This document shows, piece after piece, positions 57,490 through 64,000 of a DNA stretch of 64,000 bases; positions within the stretch are counted from its first letter, which is position 1; each line of letters opens with the position of its first letter. The DNA comes from Eledone cirrhosa. Taxonomy: Eukaryota. The notes under the pieces are model-generated. The model was not told the origin of the DNA, did no database searches, and worked only from the letters and a program-made list of their open reading frames with translations. Made by a program: the position numbers and the translations under genes. The stretch lies in contig OZ024740.1 of NCBI GenBank assembly GCA_964016885.1, forward strand, positions 279,558,001-279,622,000, read 5' to 3'.

Positions 57490-60400
57490 GGGTGATCCAT
57501 TTTTTATTTGTGGGATCCATGTTTTATTTGGGTGATCCATTTTTTATTTGGGTGATCCATTTTTTATTTGTGGGATCCATGTTTTATTTGGGTGATCCAT
57601 TTTTTATTTGGTTGATCCATTTTTTATTAGGGGGATCCATTTTTTATTTGGGGGATCCATTTTTTATTTGATGGATCTCCCAAATAAAAAATGGATCACC
57701 CAAATAAAAAATTGATCCCCCAAATAAAAAATGGATCACCCAAATAAAAATGGATCACCCAAATAAAAAATAGATCCCCCAAATTAAAAATGGATCCCCC
57801 AAATAAAAAATGGATCCCCCAAATAAAAAATGGACCACCCAAATAAAAAATGGATCCCCAAATAAAAAATGGATCATCCAAATAAAAACTGGATCCTCCA
57901 AATAAAAAATGGATCACCGAAGTAAAAAATGGATCCCCCAAATAAAAAATGGATCCCCCAAATAAAAAATGGATCCCCCAAATAAAAAATGGATCACCCA
58001 AATAAAAAATGGATCCCCAAATAAAAAATGGATCCTCCAAATAAAAAATGGATCCTCCAAATAAAAAATGGATCCCCCAAATAAAAAATGGATCCCCCAA
58101 ATAAAAAATGGATCACCCAAATAAAAAATGGATCACCCAAATAAAAAATGGATCGCCCAAATAAAAAATGGATCGCCCAAATAAAAAATGGATCGCCCAA
58201 ATAAAAAATGGATCCCCCAAATAAAAATAGATCCCCCAAATAAAAAATGGATCCCCCAAATAAAAAATGGATCACCCAAATAAAAAATGGACCCCCAAAT
58301 AAAAAATGGATCACCCAAATAAAAATGGATCACCCAAATAAAAAATGGATCCCCCAAATAATAAAAAGAAACACCCAAATAAAAAATGGATCACCCAAAT
58401 AAAAAATGGATCCTCCAAATAAAAAATGGATTACCCAAATAAAAAAAAATCCTCCAAATAAAAAATGGATCACCCAAATAAAAAATGGATCACCCAAATA
58501 AAAAATGGATCCCCCAAATAAAAAATGGATCCCCCAAATAAAAAACGGATCCCCCAAATAAAAAATGGATCACCCAAATAAAAAATGGATCACCCAAATA
58601 AAAAATGGATCACCCAAATAAAAATTGGATCGCCCAAATAAAAAATGGATCCCCCAAATAAAAAATGGATCGCCCAAATAAAAAATGGATCCCCCAAATA
58701 AAAAATGGATCACCCAAATAAAAAATGGATCACCCAAATAAAAAATGGATCCCCCAAATAAAAAATGGATCACCCAAATAAAAAATGGATCCCTCAAATA
58801 AAAAATGGATCACCCAAATAAAAAATGGATCACCCAAATAAAAAATGGATCCCCCAAATAAAAAATTGATCACCCAAATAAAAAATGGATCACCCAAATA
58901 ACAAATGGATCCCCCAAATAAAAAATGGTTCACCCAAATAAAAAATGGATCACCCAAATAAAAAATGGATCCCCCCAAATAAAAAATGGATCACCCAAAT
59001 AAAAAATGGATCCCTTTTTTATTTAGCGGATCCATTTTTTATTTCGGGGATCCATTCTTTATCTGGGGGATCCATTTTTTATTTGGGTGATCCATTTTTT
59101 ATTTGGGGGATCCATTTTTTATTTCGGTGATCCATTTTTTATTTGGGTGATCCATTTTTTATTTGGGGTTCCATTTTTTATTTGGGTGATCCATTTTTTA
59201 TTTGGTGGATCCATTTTTTATTTGGGGGATCCATTTCTTATTTGGGTGATCCATTTTTTATTTGGGTGATCAATTTTTTATTTGGGCGATCCATTTTTTA
59301 TTTGGGTGATCCATTTTTTATTTGGTGATCCATTTTTTATTTGGGGGATCCATTTTTTATTTGGGTGATCCATTTTTTATTTGGGTGATCCATTTTTTAT
59401 TTGGGTGATCCATTTTTTATTTGGGTGATCCATTTTTTATTTGGGGGATCCATTTTTTATTTGGGTGATCCATTTTTTATTTGGGGGATCCATTTTTTAT
59501 TTGGGGGATCCATTTTTTATTTGGTGGATCCATTTTTTATTTGGGGGATCCATTTTTTATCTGGGGGATCCATTTTTTTGGGGGGGATCCATTTTATATT
59601 TGGGTGATCCATTTTTTATTTGGGTGATCCATTTTTTATTTGGGGGATCCATTTTTTATTTGGGTGATCCATTTTTTATTTGGGCGATCCATTTTTTATT
59701 TGGGTGATCCAATTTTTTATTTGGGTGATCCATTTTTTATTTGGGGGATCAATTTTTTATTTGGGTGATCCATTTTTTATTTGGGTGATCCATTTTTTAT
59801 TTGGTGATCCATTTTTTATTTGGGGGATCCATTTTTTATTTGGGTGATCCATTTTTTATTTGGGTGATCCATTTTTTATTTTGGGTATCCATTTTTAATT
59901 TGGGTGATCCATTTTTTATTTGGGTGATCCATTTTTTATTTGGGTGATCCATTTTTTATTTGGGTGATCCATTTTTTATTTGGGGGATCCATTTTTTATT
60001 TGGGTGATCCATTTTTTATTTAGGGGATCCATTTTTTATTTGGGCCATCCATTTTTTATTTGGGGGATCCATTTTTTATTTGGTGGATCCATTTTTTATT
60101 TGGGGGATCCATTTTTTATTTGGGGGATCCATTTTTTATTTTGGGGATCCATTTTATATTTGGGTGATCCATTTTTTATTTGGGTGATCCATTTTTTATT
60201 TGTGGGATCCATGTTTTATTTGGGTGATCCATTTTTTATTTGGGTGATCCATTTTTTATTTGTGGGATCCATGTTTTATTTGGGTGATCCATTTTTTATT
60301 TGGTTGATCCATTTTTTATTAGGGGGATCCATTTTTTATTTGGGGGATCCATTTTTTATTTGATGGATCTCCCAAATAAAAAATGGATCACCCAAATAAA

Positions 60401-62880
60401 AAATTGATCCCCCAAATAAAAAATGGATCACCCAAATAAAAATGGATCACCCAAATAAAAAATAGATCCCCCAAATTAAAAATGGATCCCCCAAATAAAA
60501 AATGGATCCCCCAAATAAAAAATGGACCACCCAAATAAAAAATGGATCCCCAAATAAAAAATGGATCATCCAAATAAAAACTGGATCCTCCAAATAAAAA
60601 ATGGATCACCGAAGTAAAAAATGGATCCCCCAAATAAAAAATGGATCCCCCAAATAAAAAATGGATCCCCCAAATAAAAAATGGATCACCCAAATAAAAA
60701 ATGGATCCCCAAATAAAAAATGGATCCTCCAAATAAAAAATGGATCCTCCAAATAAAAAATGGATCCCCCAAATAAAAAATGGATCCCCCAAATAAAAAA
60801 TGGATCACCCAAATAAAAAATGGATCACCCAAATAAAAAATGGATCGCCCAAATAAAAAATGGATCGCCCAAATAAAAAATGGATCGCCCAAATAAAAAA
60901 TGGATCCCCCAAATAAAAATAGATCCCCCAAATAAAAAATGGATCCCCCAAATAAAAAATGGATCACCCAAATAAAAAATGGACCCCCAAATAAAAAATG
61001 GATCACCCAAATAAAAATGGATCACCCAAATAAAAAATGGATCCCCCAAATAATAAAAAGAAACACCCAAATAAAAAATGGATCACCCAAATAAAAAATG
61101 GATCCTCCAAATAAAAAATGGATTACCCAAATAAAAAAAAATCCTCCAAATAAAAAATGGATCACCCAAATAAAAAATGGATCACCCAAATAAAAAATGG
61201 ATCCCCCAAATAAAAAATGGATCCCCCAAATAAAAAACGGATCCCCCAAATAAAAAATGGATCACCCAAATAAAAAATGGATCACCCAAATAAAAAATGG
61301 ATCACCCAAATAAAAATTGGATCGCCCAAATAAAAAATGGATCCCCCAAATAAAAAATGGATCGCCCAAATAAAAAATGGATCCCCCAAATAAAAAATGG
61401 ATCACCCAAATAAAAAATGGATCACCCAAATAAAAAATGGATCCCCCAAATAAAAAATGGATCACCCAAATAAAAAATGGATCCCTCAAATAAAAAATGG
61501 ATCACCCAAATAAAAAATGGATCACCCAAATAAAAAATGGATCCCCCAAATAAAAAATTGATCACCCAAATAAAAAATGGATCACCCAAATAACAAATGG
61601 ATCCCCCAAATAAAAAATGGTTCACCCAAATAAAAAATGGATCACCCAAATAAAAAATGGATCCCCCCAAATAAAAAATGGATCACCCAAATAAAAAATG
61701 GATCCCTTTTTTATTTAGCGGATCCATTTTTTATTTCGGGGATCCATTCTTTATCTGGGGGATCCATTTTTTATTTGGGTGATCCATTTTTTATTTGGGG
61801 GATCCATTTTTTATTTCGGTGATCCATTTTTTATTTGGGTGATCCATTTTTTATTTGGGGTTCCATTTTTTATTTGGGTGATCCATTTTTTATTTGGTGG
61901 ATCCATTTTTTATTTGGGGGATCCATTTCTTATTTGGGTGATCCATTTTTTATTTGGGTGATCAATTTTTTATTTGGGCGATCCATTTTTTATTTGGGTG
62001 ATCCATTTTTTATTTGGTGATCCATTTTTTATTTGGGGGATCCATTTTTTATTTGGGTGATCCATTTTTTATTTGGGTGATCCATTTTTTATTTGGGTGA
62101 TCCATTTTTTATTTGGGTGATCCATTTTTTATTTGGGGGATCCATTTTTTATTTGGGTGATCCATTTTTTATTTGGGGGATCCATTTTTTATTTGGGGGA
62201 TCCATTTTTTATTTGGTGGATCCATTTTTTATTTGGGGGATCCATTTTTTATCTGGGGGATCCATTTTTTGGGGGGGGATCCATTTTATATTTGGGTGAT
62301 CCATTTTTTATTTGGGTGATCCATTTTTTATTTGGGGGATCCATTTTTTATTTGGGTGATCCATTTTTTATTTGGGCGATCCATTTTTTATTTGGGTGAT
62401 CCAATTTTTTATTTGGGTGATCCATTTTTTATTTGGGGGATCAATTTTTTATTTGGGTGATCCATTTTTTATTTGGGTGATCCATTTTTTATTTGGTGAT
62501 CCATTTTTTATTTGGGGGATCCATTTTTTATTTGGGTGATCCATTTTTTATTTGGGTGATCCATTTTTTATTTTGGGAATCCATTTTTAATTTGGGTGAT
62601 CCATTTTTTATTTGGGTGATCCATTTTTTATTTGGGTGATCCATTTTTTATTTGGGTGATCCATTTTTTATTTGGGGGATCCATTTTTTATTTGGGTGAT
62701 CCATTTTTTATTTAGGGGATCCATTTTTTATTTGGGCCATCCATTTTTTATTTGGGGGATCCATTTTTTATTTGGTGGATCCATTTTTTATTTGGGGGAT
62801 CCATTTTTTATTTGGGGGATCCATTTTTTATTTTGGGGATCCATTTTATATTTGGGTGATCCATTTTTTATTTGGGTGAT
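57490..62880 (+). repeat. Higher-order repeat, 2,692-bp unit x2 (each ~1.34 kb reverse plus ~1.36 kb forward)
   Basis: Junction GATCs at 57674/60366 and 59009/61701. The ORF set 57696-59980 recurs at +2692. Confidence 0.94.
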
Positions 62881-63017
62881 CCATTTTTTATTTGGGGGAT
62901 CCATTTTTTATTTGGGTGATCCATTTTTTATTTGGGGGATCCATTTTTTATTTCGGTGATCCATTTTTTATTTGGGGGATCCATTTTTTATTTGGGGGTT
63001 CCATTTTTTATTTGGGG

Positions 63018-64000
63018 GATCCATCAAACAAAAAATGGATCACCCAAATAAAAAGTGGATCACCTAAATAAAAAATGGATCACCCAAATAAAAAATGGAT
63101 CCACCAAATAAAAAATGGATCCCCCAAATAAAAAATAGATCACACAAATAAAAAATGGATCCCCCAATTAAAAAATGGATCACCCAAATAAAAAATGGAT
63201 CACCCAAATAAAAAATGGATAACCCAAATAAAAAATGGATCCCCCAAATAAAAAATGGATCACCCAAATAAAAAATGGATCCCCCAAATAAAAAAGGGAT
63301 CCATTTTTTATTTGGGTGATCCATTTTTTATTTGGGGGATCCATTTTTTATTTGGCTTATCCATTTTTATTTGGGTGATCCATTTTTTATTTGGGTGATC
63401 CATTTTTTATTTGGGTGATTCATTTTTTATTTGGGTGATCCATTTTTAATTTTTGGGATCCATTTTTTATTTGGTGGATCCATTTTTTATTTGGGTGATC
63501 CATTTTTTATTTGGGTGATCCATTTTTTATTTGGGTGATCCATTTTTTATTTGATGGATCCCCAAATAAAAAATGGAACCCCCAAATAAAAAATGGATCC
63601 CCCAAATAAAAAATGGATCACCCAAATAAAAAATGGATCCCCCAAATAAAAAATGGATCCCCCAAATAAAAAATGAATCCCTGAAATAAAAAATGGATCC
63701 CCCAAATAAAAAAGGGATCCATTTTTTATTTGGGTGATCCATTTTTTATTTGGGGGGATCCGTTTTTTATTTGGGCGATCCATTTTTTATTTGGGTGATC
63801 CATTTTTTATTTGGGTGATCCATTTTTTATTTGGGGGATCCATTTTTTATTTGGGCGATCCATTTTTTATTTGGGTGATCCATTTTTTATTTGGGGGATC
63901 CATTTTTTATTTGGGGGATCCATTTTTTATTTGGGGGATCCATTTTTTATTTACGGGATCCATTTTTTATTTGGGTGATCCATTTTTTATTTGGGGGATC
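63018..64000. repeat. Double short-inversion module (63018-63301 and 63557-63719), homologous to 45783-46464, 50811-51493 and 47660-48360
   Basis: Shares the markers CATCAAACAAAAAA, GGCTTATCC, GAATCCCTGAAAT, GGGGGGATCCGTTT and TTTACGGGATCC. Confidence 0.88.

Larger units (their letters stand above)
1..64000. repeat. Satellite DNA array, 20-bp monomer TTTGGG(T/G)GATCCATTTTTTA, about 3,200 copies, in both orientations
   Basis: The monomer or its reverse complement (TAAAAAATGGATC(A/C)CCCAAA) is read continuously from base 1 to 64000. Variation is limited to point changes and 1-bp indels in the G and T runs. No unique sequence interrupts it. Confidence 0.99.

Noticed and set aside
6-63783. All ORFs in the six-frame track (GDPFFIWVIHFLFGGSIFYL-type repeats, up to 188 aa)
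   Set aside because: They are translations of a 20-bp repeat cycling through three frames. They overlap on both strands, mostly use TTG/GTG starts, end at TGA created by the T variant, and are broken by 1-bp indels. There is no coding signal.
1-64000. CRISPR array
   Set aside because: Repeats abut directly with no unique spacers, leader or cas genes.
1-64000. Synthetic concatemer of BamHI/BclI-compatible linkers (GGATCC and TGATCC)
   Set aside because: Random ligation would give perfect palindromic junctions, including TGATCA-centred ones, and no inherited variants. The sequence instead shows mismatched stereotyped junctions and rare variants shared across nested duplications.
1-64000. Whole-genome-amplification or fold-back read chimeras as the cause of the inversions
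   Set aside because: Such chimeras have random breakpoints and arms that mirror each other exactly. Here the junctions recur identically and the two arms carry different variants. Read-level confirmation is still advisable.
1-64000. Active telomerase-synthesised telomere tract
   Set aside because: Frequent polarity reversal, many variants and kb-scale higher-order repeats do not fit a unidirectional telomerase product, and no canonical telomere motif array is present.
1-64000. Assignment to a named satellite family or organism
   Set aside because: I do not recognise the monomer with confidence. A BLASTN-short or repeat-database search of the 20-mer and junction k-mers is needed.

Overview
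The whole 64 kb is one non-coding satellite array of about 3,200 copies of a 20-bp monomer, consensus TTTGGG(T/G)GATCCATTTTTTA. I see no gene, RNA gene, mobile element, CRISPR array or unique sequence; every ORF in the track is a translation of the repeat. The notable feature is its architecture. By manual reading the array has 41 reverse-oriented blocks (about 82 strand switches, roughly one per 0.8 kb). Of these switches, 76 use only two stereotyped junction sequences, both centred in register on the monomer's own GATC dyad and each present in both orientations. On top of this are nested higher-order repeats (781, 841, ~2,200, ~2,300, 2,692 and 3,162 bp), a 5,028-bp-offset duplication and a ~14.5-kb-offset duplication. 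It looks like eukaryotic heterochromatic (centromeric, pericentromeric or subtelomeric) satellite with dense dyad symmetry, but neither the organism nor the function can be determined from the sequence. All coordinates and counts were read by hand, and block edges inside the repeat are approximate.
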